Origin: an uncultured Candidatus Saccharibacteria bacterium | Lineage (GTDB): Bacteria > Patescibacteriota > Saccharimonadia > Saccharimonadales > AWTP1-31 | Direction: 5' to 3' | DNA: 64,000 bases | NCBI GenBank assembly: GCA_964643545.1 | Contig: CAZXTE010000003.1 | Coordinates: forward strand, 52,463 to 116,462 | Part shown: positions 9,253 through 18,821 of the stretch, one piece after another | How positions within the stretch are numbered: position 1 is the stretch's first letter | Layout: every line of letters begins with the position of its first letter | The notes under the pieces: model-generated | The model's input: the letters and a program-made list of their open reading frames with translations, nothing else | Databases searched by the model: none | Told to the model about the DNA's origin: nothing | Position numbers and translations under genes: made by a program

Positions 9253-10491
9253 ATGAGTGTTGCCGAAAAAAAGTGGCAAGAGCAGAACAAAAGCTGGGAA
9301 AAGCGTTACTCTGTTTTAGCGGAAGAAACAATGGTCGACGAGGCTTTAATTAAGATGAGCCGTGAACAACTTATTGCATATTTCGGAGAAGAATGGCTAA
9401 AGGATGCATACTCTAGGCAAAAGGCGTACTCACCAGGAGACCCTACTGGGATTGTCGGCGTGATAACTAATCCTATGGACAATCATGGCGTTGAGGTTGT
9501 AGAGCTGGCTAAGTACCTGAGTGCAGTAGAGGGTCAAGATAACTTTTCGGAAATCATTACAAAATTAAAAAGTACGTCTGACTATGAAGCTATAAGACTT
9601 AATCTAGCTGTGGCATATAGACTGATGCACTCTGACTGGGAAAATGTGTATGTTGAGCCAGCGGTTGGAGATGTTGAGGGTACACTCTACGGTAAAAAAT
9701 ATGTAGTTGAGTGTTCAGTGATAATGCCACCAAACCCATCAAGTAAATATACTAATGAGATATTTAGAAGTGTCTACAAGACACTAAAGCAAAATAAGAT
9801 ACCAGTATGGATTCACCTTAAATTCAATGTGGATTTCAAGACAATACCGCTAAAAAATGTTATTGAAGCCGTCAAAGAACTTAACAAACGATTTTTGGTT
9901 GAAAACAAACCAGTTGAAACACAAACGAAAGAATTTAGTATGACTGCTTGTTTGCTCGATGGTCGTGTTAAGCAAATTCTAGAAGAACAACGAAGCAAAG
10001 AAGATGGTATTACAGAAATCGGTTTTCGTATTGCCACTGCTAAGCCTAAAATACCAGGTGATGTTCATAGTGTTGACCCAGACGATCCTAACCAAATTGA
10101 AGACGGCACAATAACGTTTGGCGGACTGAGCGATTATATAAAAGATAAAACCACCAGCGAGCGGCTAAGAACTAAGATTCGAGATAAAAAAGAACAAACG
10201 TCTGACTTGCCGAGAGGTACAAAAAGATTATTCGTATTTATGGCAAATGGAAAAGTTGAAGATGATGACTGGCGGGAATTGGGCCAGGTAGTTAGGAAAT
10301 CCACTAGCCTCAGCGACAATATAGACGCTGTTTTGTTTATAGATAGAAGAAGGCAAGAATTTGAAGGTAAAATACGGTTTCCGTCAGGCCAAGTACACAT
10401 ATTTACAAAGCCATATCGTCTAACAGCCCTTGAGACTTCGTTTAGAAAAATGAAAGCATTTGAAGAGAGTGACTGGATTAACGAACCTTAG
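9253..10491 (+). CDS. Hypothetical protein (412 aa), no recognisable domain
   Basis: Long uninterrupted ORF, divergent from the NDT-like gene across an 88-bp gap, with coding-like composition. Confidence 0.7.
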   Translation: MSVAEKKWQEQNKSWEKRYSVLAEETMVDEALIKMSREQLIAYFGEEWLKDAYSRQKAYSPGDPTGIVGVITNPMDNHGVEVVELAKYLSAVEGQDNFSEIITKLKSTSDYEAIRLNLAVAYRLMHSDWENVYVEPAVGDVEGTLYGKKYVVECSVIMPPNPSSKYTNEIFRSVYKTLKQNKIPVWIHLKFNVDFKTIPLKNVIEAVKELNKRFLVENKPVETQTKEFSMTACLLDGRVKQILEEQRSKEDGITEIGFRIATAKPKIPGDVHSVDPDDPNQIEDGTITFGGLSDYIKDKTTSERLRTKIRDKKEQTSDLPRGTKRLFVFMANGKVEDDDWRELGQVVRKSTSLSDNIDAVLFIDRRRQEFEGKIRFPSGQVHIFTKPYRLTALETSFRKMKAFEESDWINEP

Positions 10492-10518
10492 CTAACACAG
10501 TATCTATATGTATAACTG

Positions 10519-10794
10519 CTACAGGGAATATAATTCTTTTCTACGGCGATTACTAAGCTGATACTGCTTGAACCTGTTATCTAATAGCTCACGCCAACGT
10601 ATCAGTTCGTCAACCAAATATATAAATTTGTTCCTTGGTCGACCTCCAAACAAAATGCCTCAGCAACGCTGGGGTTTTTTGTTTGGTTCGTTCGCCCGGG
10701 AAGGGATGCAGGATGTAGATTTTGCGTTGCAGAAAATGATGCTAGTCTTCTGTTCGGTCAGCCCAAGCCGGGTGTAGAAACTAGCTTCGAGCAT
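10519..10794 (-). pseudogene. Possible disrupted small HTH-like gene (one in-frame TGA at 10660-10662)
   Basis: From ATG 10794 the frame reads MLEASFYTRLGLTEQ...PQRC-TGA-GILFGGRPRNKFIYLVDELIRWRELLD... to TAG 10519. It is a single frame with one opal codon. Confidence 0.3.
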
Positions 10795-10830
10795 AGCCGC
10801 AGGCGTGTAACAAGCAGGGGCTCACAAATA

Positions 10831-10859
10831 TTGACAGTGAGTACTATTAGTCGTATAAT
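10831..10859 (+). promoter_or_regulatory. Perfect consensus sigma70 promoter
   Basis: TTGACA (10831-10836), exactly 17 nt of spacer, then TATAAT (10854-10859). The ATG of the downstream ORF is 10 nt after the -10 element. Confidence 0.75.
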
Positions 10860-10868
10860 ATCTATATT

Positions 10869-11396
10869 ATGGATGATATTCCTGTTTCGGAGCAACTGAG
10901 ATTAGTACCCCCAGAATATGACCATGCTTTGCATGAATTGGACTCTTTAGTAGCGTCTTTCCTGGATCGGTTTCCAGATGATATTGAGTATTATCGCAAT
11001 GGTTGTGGTTTGTCGTTACGCTCTGAGGGTATGGCGCCTAATACGTACTACGTTGTGTCTAAATCTCTACCGTTTCCGTACCCAGAAGCCCCCGACTGGA
11101 GCACTATAAAGGCTACGCTAGGGCATACGACAGAGCATGGCAAGAATTCCGGATATACGGTTCATTATGAGATGGACGGAGGGCTGCTAACTGCCACGAG
11201 CGCCGCATACGACAATAACGAGTTTCTAGACGAAGACTGGCCTTCACCACAAGAACTTTCTGAGGCAGACATCCGAAGAATCATCGATGAATTGTCGGCT
11301 GCTGAACCAGTCCACCCCGATGCAATTGAGCAGGGAAAAATTGGAAAAATCGCCAGAGTAAGTTCATTTATCAAGCGGGTGCTTTTTCGCAAATAA
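10869..11396 (+). CDS. Hypothetical acidic protein (175 aa)
   Basis: ORF immediately downstream of the consensus promoter. About 30 D/E against about 16 K/R by hand count. No recognisable family. Confidence 0.65.
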   Translation: MDDIPVSEQLRLVPPEYDHALHELDSLVASFLDRFPDDIEYYRNGCGLSLRSEGMAPNTYYVVSKSLPFPYPEAPDWSTIKATLGHTTEHGKNSGYTVHYEMDGGLLTATSAAYDNNEFLDEDWPSPQELSEADIRRIIDELSAAEPVHPDAIEQGKIGKIARVSSFIKRVLFRK

Positions 11397-11422
11397 GCTT
11401 GCAGCATTTTGTAGATACGTTT

Positions 11423-12226
11423 ATGGCACAAGCAAACCAAGATAACCCGTTACGACAAGATGGCGGTTTACCACCTCTGTTTTTGGCGGAAATTGATCCA
11501 CGTTTAGATTGGGAGGGTAAGTCGGTCGAACGAATCAGTGACCCAGTGGCGAGGCTTGTAGTGCTTTGGACGATAATAGGTCAATACGACAATGTTGCCC
11601 GGATGAACGGAGGGGGGCCAGACGGCGAGCCAACCGTGGCTGATGCACAAAGGTACCAGTTGATGTCAACGTGGGCTCACGAAAGTCGCCGAGTAATGCC
11701 GTGTCAACGTCTTGAGCCGACTGAGCGGTCCGCACAGCAAAGGGTGTTAGACAAACTTGGGGAAACCCCCCTTGGAGCATATGTAGAGGTTGTTGAAATT
11801 AGAGATTGGATGCCCGAAATGATGCACCCAGACGTGCGTTTTGATCTGCTCTATAGAATTTGGGCGAACTCTACTGATTTGAATGAAACGGATAGCTTCA
11901 GAGACATTATCGCCAGAGATATGATTAGCGAGACTTTGCCCGGAGGTGAGGGGTACTGCGATAATCCTGAACGACTTCGAAGATACAATGTACTATCCAG
12001 AGTAGACCCAAAATTTCAGCAAGTAGTAGACGGTTATCTTGCTAGCTGTATGGCGAGCGGAGATCTAGAGCAACATGGTTATTACGACGACAAACCTATG
12101 TCGATAACAGAAGTTTGCCGCATTGCAGTCGAAAGAAGATATACCGAATTAGCGCAGTACATGCTGGATGCGGGCGTACTAGAGCTAGATGACGAACATG
12201 TGCTACTAACGTTACTGGCTGATTGA
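11423..12226 (+). CDS. Hypothetical protein (267 aa)
   Basis: ORF 27 nt after the previous stop (ATG 11423; the ORF track uses TTG 11399). No recognisable family. Confidence 0.65.
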   Translation: MAQANQDNPLRQDGGLPPLFLAEIDPRLDWEGKSVERISDPVARLVVLWTIIGQYDNVARMNGGGPDGEPTVADAQRYQLMSTWAHESRRVMPCQRLEPTERSAQQRVLDKLGETPLGAYVEVVEIRDWMPEMMHPDVRFDLLYRIWANSTDLNETDSFRDIIARDMISETLPGGEGYCDNPERLRRYNVLSRVDPKFQQVVDGYLASCMASGDLEQHGYYDDKPMSITEVCRIAVERRYTELAQYMLDAGVLELDDEHVLLTLLAD

Positions 12227-12312
12227 TATAGGCTGCGTTCTCTCGCAGCTCCGGTAGCCTGATATGATTAAACAATGGCCATAAACAACGTGTGAATTTT
12301 GTGGCAAAGAGC

Positions 12313-13443
12313 TTAATAACCCGCTACGTACTGGGCTAGAAACGGTACCGCATACTCTACAAGTGGCGTTTGATAGAATTCTTGTTGATGGCCTGACCCT
12401 GGGTAGGTGACTGATGTGCACGTATGGCCTATCGAATTCAGATATGCACAATCCGCAACGTGGTCATTGGGCGTACCGCCGTAACCCGTGTCATCATCGT
12501 AGCTTGCAAACATGTGAGTAGGGCTATAGTTGGTACTAAATGTTTTAAGTCCCCCCACCAATACATCGAGGTCTGCTAAGAATGAAGAAAAGTTACTTGA
12601 TGCTCCCAGCACTGCTTTGAGTCCGTACGGCGTAGGCAGTGCGGCCATATTTGCTAGCGAGCTACTAATGAGACCCCCGGCTGACCAGCCGGCAAACCCT
12701 ATTCTGGTTGTATCAACCCCATATTCTTGGCTGTGTGCCAGAGCGTACTGGTAAGCATCATACAGGTCAGTGCTGCTTTTCTTGATCATTCTTGTATATA
12801 CGGAGAAGTCCTCTGTTGGCACTGGCGCGGGAGCATCAGCGGGCAGCATTGAATAATCGATTGTCATCGTAACGTACCCCATACGTGCATAATATTCTGC
12901 GCTTGCTTCTTGCTGATACCTATCTCCAAAAACCCATCCACCTCCGTAGACAAAAATAATAAGCGGACGTTTTAAGACCGGGTCGTTCTCGGGCTGGTAT
13001 AGGTTGAGTTTTAAATCTACCTGAGTGTTCGTATCGTCAGCTAGGATAAAGTTTGTCGGACTCTCTTCAATCAGCATGGTTGCATTTCTTGTCGCATAAC
13101 GAATATCCTTGCTGGACTTAATCAGGCTAAACACCTGACTCCTATACCTGCCATTTGGCATTTTGCTTTCGTCTAATGGGCTAGAGACAGATGACGTAGT
13201 TGTTTTTGAATTACTGCGCCATGTTGTTGGTGATGGCGCATTTGAAGGAGCTGGTGCTTGGCTGCTTTGCTCATCCCCATCATCATTCTTTTCGCCATTG
13301 TACTTTTCTGAGTTTGAAGTGTTCGGCTTTTCGCTTGGTGCTGGTCTTGACGGGGGGTTCGCTTGAGTCGCGAGATATGCCCCGGTACATGCCGCAACCG
13401 CTACGACTACAAATAAAACGGGCTTTCTAATAATACTCTTCAT
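12313..13443 (-). CDS. Secreted/lipoprotein alpha/beta-hydrolase (esterase/lipase)
   Basis: Signal peptide with a lipobox-like VAAC, a low-complexity S/P/T linker, an oxyanion region (FVYGGGW) and the nucleophile elbow GWSAGG. Confidence 0.75.
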   Translation of the reverse strand: MKSIIRKPVLFVVVAVAACTGAYLATQANPPSRPAPSEKPNTSNSEKYNGEKNDDGDEQSSQAPAPSNAPSPTTWRSNSKTTTSSVSSPLDESKMPNGRYRSQVFSLIKSSKDIRYATRNATMLIEESPTNFILADDTNTQVDLKLNLYQPENDPVLKRPLIIFVYGGGWVFGDRYQQEASAEYYARMGYVTMTIDYSMLPADAPAPVPTEDFSVYTRMIKKSSTDLYDAYQYALAHSQEYGVDTTRIGFAGWSAGGLISSSLANMAALPTPYGLKAVLGASSNFSSFLADLDVLVGGLKTFSTNYSPTHMFASYDDDTGYGGTPNDHVADCAYLNSIGHTCTSVTYPGSGHQQEFYQTPLVEYAVPFLAQYVAGY

Positions 13444-13560
13444 AAGCTCTATGCTGTTGAGTATAACACCGCTAATGCTAACTGATGTAGTGAAATTTCC
13501 ATGCTTCTAGAATTAGTGTGCTTTTGTTTATCGACTGGTGGGCGGGTATGATTCAAGACA

Positions 13561-15021
13561 ATGAAATTGTATGGCTGTCAGCTTAGACGAACAACAGGTA
13601 TCGCCATTGTATTGACATGCTTTCTGCTGGGCCTCGGTGCAGCCCGGCGTTTGCAGTGTGATGCTTTGGTGTGTGCAGTTCTCGGTGTCCTCGTTCTAGT
13701 AACGGCTAGAAAGAAAAATACGTTAAGCATATTAAGCATTGCGATGTTTTCCTTTGCACTTGGCTGTTGGCGCGGTACGGCTTTTCTGCAAAAGGTTGTT
13801 GTATATCAACAATTCGCAAAAACACCAGTTATTGTGCAGGGTATTGTCGACAGTGACGCGGTCTATGCTGATAAGTCCCAACTTTACTTTGATGTTGCAC
13901 AATTAAGGATTCTAGATCCAGTTGAGCAGCCACTGGTGGGTAAAATTGGTGTTAAGGGCTATGGCGAGACGATGGTATACAAGGGCGATATGGTGCAGGT
14001 CGAAGGTAAGTTATTCCCCACGCGTGGTTCCAAGCAGGCAAGTATAGGGTTCGCAGAAATAAAAGTTTTGCAACGCGGATCGGCTTCGATAGACAAAGTA
14101 CGGCGGAATTTTGCGAGCGGCATGACGTCTGCCTTACCAGAACCGCAAACGTCATTTGGCTTAGGCTTATTGATCGGCCAGCGAACGACGTTGCCTAAAA
14201 GTCTTACCGACCAACTATCTACTGTTGGGTTGACACACATTGTTGCTGTGTCTGGTTATAATCTTACGATCATCATGTTAGTGGTGCATCGTTTAACAGC
14301 AAAGCGGTCGAAGTATCAGTCCGCGATTTTAAGCCTAGCGCTCATCCTCGTTTTCTTATTATTGACAGGAACGGGTGCAAGCATTGTGCGGGCGGCAATT
14401 GTCAGTGCTCTGGGTCTTGCTGCTTGGTATTATGGCAGAACATTCCGTCCTATCGTTCTTATACTAATCGCCGCAACCCTGACTGCTGGGTGGTACCCGA
14501 TATATCTGTGGTCAGATCTAGGCTGGTACTTATCGTTTCTGGCATTCTTTGGCATATTGGTCGTCGGTCCACTATTTAGTAAACGTTACTTTAAAAAGCA
14601 GCCTAGACTTGTTCTGCAAATACTTGTAGAGACATCGGCTGCTCAGATAATGACATTACCGCTCATCCTGTACATCTTTGGCAGGTTATCGGTTGTGTCA
14701 CTCATGGCGAATGCATTGGTTGTACCACTGGTGCCTTTGGCTATGCTACTAAGTCTTGTCGCTGGATTGGGGGGCATGCTTGCCCCGGCAACTGCGGGTT
14801 GGCTTGCATGGCCGGCACACATACTCCTTGCATATATGATTGAAATCGTTAGGCTGCTGGCTGGTTTGCCACATGCTGCAATTGCTCAGTCGGTGAGCCT
14901 TAGCCAGATGCTTTTCTTATATTGTCTTATCGGTCTGTTGACAGCACTGCTCTGGAAAAAGACCAAGCAGAATGGTAAGATTACAGATAGAAAACAAGCT
15001 TTATCATCGGAGAACTCATGA
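13561..15021 (+). CDS. comEC: ComEC/Rec2 family competence DNA-uptake channel (no MBL domain)
   Basis: Polytopic membrane protein with the competence-domain motif GLTHIVAVSGYNLTII. Confidence 0.85.
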   Translation: MKLYGCQLRRTTGIAIVLTCFLLGLGAARRLQCDALVCAVLGVLVLVTARKKNTLSILSIAMFSFALGCWRGTAFLQKVVVYQQFAKTPVIVQGIVDSDAVYADKSQLYFDVAQLRILDPVEQPLVGKIGVKGYGETMVYKGDMVQVEGKLFPTRGSKQASIGFAEIKVLQRGSASIDKVRRNFASGMTSALPEPQTSFGLGLLIGQRTTLPKSLTDQLSTVGLTHIVAVSGYNLTIIMLVVHRLTAKRSKYQSAILSLALILVFLLLTGTGASIVRAAIVSALGLAAWYYGRTFRPIVLILIAATLTAGWYPIYLWSDLGWYLSFLAFFGILVVGPLFSKRYFKKQPRLVLQILVETSAAQIMTLPLILYIFGRLSVVSLMANALVVPLVPLAMLLSLVAGLGGMLAPATAGWLAWPAHILLAYMIEIVRLLAGLPHAAIAQSVSLSQMLFLYCLIGLLTALLWKKTKQNGKITDRKQALSSENS

Positions 15022-15746
15022 GCGGTCACTCAAAATGGTCAACCATAAAACGGCAGAAAGGTGCAAAAGACGCAGCGCGTGGTGCCGTCTTTACCAAGTT
15101 AGGTAACGCCATAGCGATTGCAGCGAGAGGTGGCGCTGACCCAGACATGAATTTCTCTTTGCGCTTGGCTATCGACAAGGCAAAATCGGCAAATATGCCC
15201 CTAGCCAACATACAACGATCCGTTGATAGGGGGAGTGGCAAGCTTGGTGGTGAGCAGATCCAGGAGCTTTTGTACGAGGGCTACGGACCGGGCGGCGTGG
15301 CGATATTGGTAGAGTGCGCGACAGATAACATCAACCGTACGTATCCTGAAGTAAAGTTGGCATTTAGTAAACACGGTGGCAACATCGCTGAGAAGGGGGC
15401 TGTTGCCTTCCAGTTTGACCACAAAGGTATGATCCGTATCAAAGGATCAGGTGATGAACTTATGTTGCAAGCACTCGATGCAGGGGCAGAAGATGTAGAA
15501 GAAGAGGGCGGCGAGACTGTTGTATATACGGGGCCTAAAGAATTAGCGAAAGTGCGCGATACGCTAAAAGCTGCCGACCTAGAAATTACAGAGGCAGAGT
15601 TAACATATGTGCCCAACAACACCGTTGCAGTAACCGATGCAGCTACTGCAGGTAAGATCATGCGCCTGATGGATGCGCTTGATGATATAGACGACGTAAC
15701 CAATACGCACGTCAACTTCGATATCCCCGAAGAGTTAGTTGGCTAA
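15018..15746 (+). CDS. YebC/PmpR family DNA-binding regulator
   Basis: MSGHSKWSTIKRQKGAKDAARG... is the hallmark N-terminus. ATGA overlap with comEC. Confidence 0.95.
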   Translation: MSGHSKWSTIKRQKGAKDAARGAVFTKLGNAIAIAARGGADPDMNFSLRLAIDKAKSANMPLANIQRSVDRGSGKLGGEQIQELLYEGYGPGGVAILVECATDNINRTYPEVKLAFSKHGGNIAEKGAVAFQFDHKGMIRIKGSGDELMLQALDAGAEDVEEEGGETVVYTGPKELAKVRDTLKAADLEITEAELTYVPNNTVAVTDAATAGKIMRLMDALDDIDDVTNTHVNFDIPEELVG

Positions 15747-15750
15747 CGCT

Positions 15751-16224
15751 ATGCGTATCATCGGGATTGATCCTGGCACAGGGATCCTAGGCTTTGGAGT
15801 GATAGATGTTGACTCACGTGGAAGCATTTCATTGGTAGATGCCGGTGTTATTCGAACGCCGGTCAAAGAAGACGATGCTGTTCGGCTGGAAACAATTTTT
15901 GACGAACTGGCAGATATTATTATGCAAAATAAACCAACAGTAATGTCGGTGGAAAAGTTATTCTTTGCACAAAATGTCACCACGGCTATGACGGTGGCGC
16001 AGGCTAGGGGGGTTGTGCTGCTGCTGGGCCAACAAAATAAACTTGACCTGCATGAATATACGCCGTTACAAATAAAACAGGCAATAACTGGCTATGGGAA
16101 AGCAGATAAGAAGCAAATGCAGGAAATGGTCAAAGTTCTCTTGGGGTTGAAAGAAGTACCAAAACCAGATGACGCGGCCGATGCGCTAGCAGCAGCTATA
16201 TGTTGCTCAATGACTGTGCGATAA
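15751..16224 (+). CDS. ruvC: Holliday junction resolvase RuvC
   Basis: MRIIGIDPGT..., EKLFF and DAADALA motifs. An alternative TTG start lies at 15739. Confidence 0.93.
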   Translation: MRIIGIDPGTGILGFGVIDVDSRGSISLVDAGVIRTPVKEDDAVRLETIFDELADIIMQNKPTVMSVEKLFFAQNVTTAMTVAQARGVVLLLGQQNKLDLHEYTPLQIKQAITGYGKADKKQMQEMVKVLLGLKEVPKPDDAADALAAAICCSMTVR

Positions 16225-16231
16225 TAGCAAT

Positions 16232-16807
16232 ATGATTGCAACGCTTAGGGGTATCGTTTCTGAAAAGCAGCACAACGGTGTTGTTTTAGAGGTTGGCGGC
16301 GTTGGCTATGGTGTGCTTACGACAACCGCAGATGGCGGAAGCTTGCGAACGGGTCACGATGCAAAAGTATATATTTATGAAAACATAAAAGAAGACACGC
16401 ACGACTTATATGGTTTTTGCTCGATCGAAACGAAACAACTCTTTGAACAGCTTATAAGTGTAAAGAACGTAGGCCCAAAAGTCGCTCTGGCAGTGCTCGA
16501 TACTGGCTCAATCGAAGATGTACGTACGGCAATTGCGGGCGGTAATGTAAAATTTTTGCAAACAGCAAAAGGCGTTGGTAAGCGCGCAGCAGAACAGATT
16601 GTCGTAGAATTGCGGGACAAGGTTGGTTCGCCGATAGGCGAAGCCGCCGAGAACGTCATAGGTAGGGCTGGTGTGAATAGCAAGGATGAGGCTGTGCAAG
16701 CACTTATTGCACTTGGTTATAGTGATATTGATGCGCAGGCGGCACTAACCAATATTGACAAGACGCTCCCAACCGAAGAGCGGATTAAACAGGCTCTACG
16801 ACGCTAA
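16232..16807 (+). CDS. ruvA: Holliday junction branch migration protein RuvA
   Basis: MIATLRG...GVGYGV OB domain, HhH motifs (VKNVGPKVALAVL, GVGKRAAEQIV), and position between ruvC and ruvB. Confidence 0.93.
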   Translation: MIATLRGIVSEKQHNGVVLEVGGVGYGVLTTTADGGSLRTGHDAKVYIYENIKEDTHDLYGFCSIETKQLFEQLISVKNVGPKVALAVLDTGSIEDVRTAIAGGNVKFLQTAKGVGKRAAEQIVVELRDKVGSPIGEAAENVIGRAGVNSKDEAVQALIALGYSDIDAQAALTNIDKTLPTEERIKQALRR

Positions 16808-16823
16808 CTGGTAGGATGAATAT

Positions 16824-17849
16824 ATGGCAATAGAACGAATCGTAGATACCAGCCCCGAAGAAGAAGTAGTTGAACTAGAGCTTGAAAATACTATTCGCCC
16901 CAAGGATTTTGTGAACTACATTGGTCAGGAACGACTGAAGGATAATCTAAAGCTTTCAATCGCTGCCGCCAAGAAGCGTGGCGAGCCGCTGGATCATGTC
17001 TTGCTGTATGGTCCTCCAGGTCTTGGCAAGACCACCATGGCAAGCGTCATTGCTAATGAAATGGGTGCCCAAATTCGCATAACCAGTGGGCCGGCTATAG
17101 AGCGTGCTGGTGATCTGGCAAGCTTACTCACCAACCTGCAAGATGGCGATATCTTATTTATTGATGAGATTCATAGACTGCACCGAACTGTCGAAGAGGT
17201 ACTGTATAGTGCCATGGAAGATTTCCGGTTAGATATTGTGCTCGGGAAGGGCCCAAGCGCACGAAGCTTACGCCTAGATTTGCCCAAGTTCACCATTATC
17301 GGCGCAACTACCCGTACCGGATCTTTGGCGGCACCGTTGCGCGATCGCTTTGGTATGATCCATCGCCTAGAATTCTATAAGCCAGACGAGATAACCAAGA
17401 TCATCCAGCGTTCTGCCAAAATTTTGGACATACATATTGATAAGGTGGCAGCTCAGGAGCTTGCTGAGCGTGCTCGTTTAACACCGAGAATTGCGAATCG
17501 TTTATTGCGTCGCGTGCGAGATTACGCAGACGTCAATGGCGATGGCATTATCGACACTACTATTACAGCACAAGCACTTAACCTTCTGGAGGTCGATAGT
17601 CTTGGCTTGGATCCAGGCGATAGGATGCTTCTCAACGCGATTATTGATCATCATCGAGGTGGCCCTGTTGGGGTGGAAACGCTAGCTGCACTCACCGCAG
17701 AAGAGCGTTCAACCATCGAAGACTTTTATGAGCCGTACCTTATGCAGATAGGCCTTATGGAGAGAACGCCACGTGGTCGAAAAGTTACGTCAAAAGCATA
17801 TAAGCATTTAGGGAAGAAGCCAGACTCGGACCAAGCTGCTCTGCTCTAG
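16824..17849 (+). CDS. ruvB: Holliday junction DNA helicase RuvB
   Basis: Walker [10 protein letters not shown], Walker B FIDEIHRL, sensor and arginine-finger regions, and a C-terminal winged helix. Confidence 0.97.
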   Translation: MAIERIVDTSPEEEVVELELENTIRPKDFVNYIGQERLKDNLKLSIAAAKKRGEPLDHVLLYGPPGLGKTTMASVIANEMGAQIRITSGPAIERAGDLASLLTNLQDGDILFIDEIHRLHRTVEEVLYSAMEDFRLDIVLGKGPSARSLRLDLPKFTIIGATTRTGSLAAPLRDRFGMIHRLEFYKPDEITKIIQRSAKILDIHIDKVAAQELAERARLTPRIANRLLRRVRDYADVNGDGIIDTTITAQALNLLEVDSLGLDPGDRMLLNAIIDHHRGGPVGVETLAALTAEERSTIEDFYEPYLMQIGLMERTPRGRKVTSKAYKHLGKKPDSDQAALL

Positions 17850-17872
17850 AGAATGCTATACTAAGGGCAAGT

Positions 17873-18784
17873 ATGCCATTTACAAAAGAAAAGAATATGA
17901 CCGAGCCAAGTCTTGAGCGACAAGATGCAAACACGAAAGTTGTTGCAATAGTGCACCGACACCCGTTTGGCATATTAGTCATCTATCTTCAAATGTTTGT
18001 TGGGCTTGCTGCTGCGGGGCTACTTATCTACTTACTGATGCCGAGTTTAGTTAATCGCGAGGACAATCCGGGTGCATACGTTTTGGTGGGCGTTGTCATG
18101 TTGATTCTAGCGGCATTTATGGTGGTTGTTATGTTAGTAGCAACTGTTATATATCGACAAAGCAAGCTAATCATGACAGATAAAGACATAACTGAAGTCA
18201 CGCAGGAGGGCCTTTTTAATCGCCGCATTGCACAGCTTAATGTGTCGAACATAGAAGATGCCACTGCGGATCGGCGCGGTGTATTTCAGACGCTACTAAA
18301 CTTCGGTATTCTTAATATAGAAACTGCTGGAGAAACCGATAACTTCTATTTTCACTATTGTCCAGAACCCGATAAATATGCCAAGGTTGTTTTGCAGCTT
18401 AGGGAAAATTTCTTATCCAACAGGGAACGAGACAATGTAGAAGCAGGCATGCGCTATGCAAGCGCTGGTTTGCAGCAAGCAATGACGAATTCAGCACAAG
18501 CGGCTGGTTCACCTCCACCACCGCAACAAAACTATCAACCACAGCAGTCATATCAGCAACAACAAACTGATCCTGCGACTACCGAAGGCTCTTTGCAAAA
18601 CGACCATCCCAGTGTTGACCCGTATGCTCAACCTGTCGTAAGTCAGCAAACGCAGCGCGATTATAGCAACAACAACGCACCACTAGATTACGGACAGTCG
18701 GTTAGTGGTCAGGATGACAATGCAGTGCCGCCATACCCAACACCCCTAGAAGATAACCAGCGTCAATACCCCCCGCAACAGTAG
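17873..18784 (+). CDS. Membrane protein with bacterial PH (YdbT/DUF304-like) domain and Q/P-rich tail
   Basis: Two TM helices after VVAIVHRHPFG, then a bPH-like segment (LIMTDKDITEVTQEG...LNIETAG) and a low-complexity PPPPQQNYQPQQSYQQQQ C-terminus. Confidence 0.6.
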   Translation: MPFTKEKNMTEPSLERQDANTKVVAIVHRHPFGILVIYLQMFVGLAAAGLLIYLLMPSLVNREDNPGAYVLVGVVMLILAAFMVVVMLVATVIYRQSKLIMTDKDITEVTQEGLFNRRIAQLNVSNIEDATADRRGVFQTLLNFGILNIETAGETDNFYFHYCPEPDKYAKVVLQLRENFLSNRERDNVEAGMRYASAGLQQAMTNSAQAAGSPPPPQQNYQPQQSYQQQQTDPATTEGSLQNDHPSVDPYAQPVVSQQTQRDYSNNNAPLDYGQSVSGQDDNAVPPYPTPLEDNQRQYPPQQ

Positions 18785-18821
18785 ACCAGAGTTATTGCAG
18801 ACTGGGTTATGTCTAAAGGAA

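Larger units (their letters stand above)
5664..12312. mobile_element. Putative integrated element (serine-recombinase island) 3' of tRNA-Lys(UUU); right boundary not defined
   Basis: A recombinase abuts the tRNA, followed by six orphan or poorly assignable ORFs in mixed orientation. Recognisable core genes resume by comEC (13561). No flanking direct repeat was found, which is expected for serine recombinases. Confidence 0.55.

Noticed and set aside
10638-10650. GACCTCCAAAC as a possible right-end att copy for the tRNA-Lys(UUU) island
   Set aside because: It is only a 7-nt match (CCTCCAA) to the tRNA core and lies inside a coding-like frame, so it is consistent with chance.
10568-10777. 69-aa plus-strand ORF in the island's 378-bp gap
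   Set aside because: Low-complexity, non-coding-like translation with no RBS. The opposite strand carries a more protein-like (though interrupted) frame.
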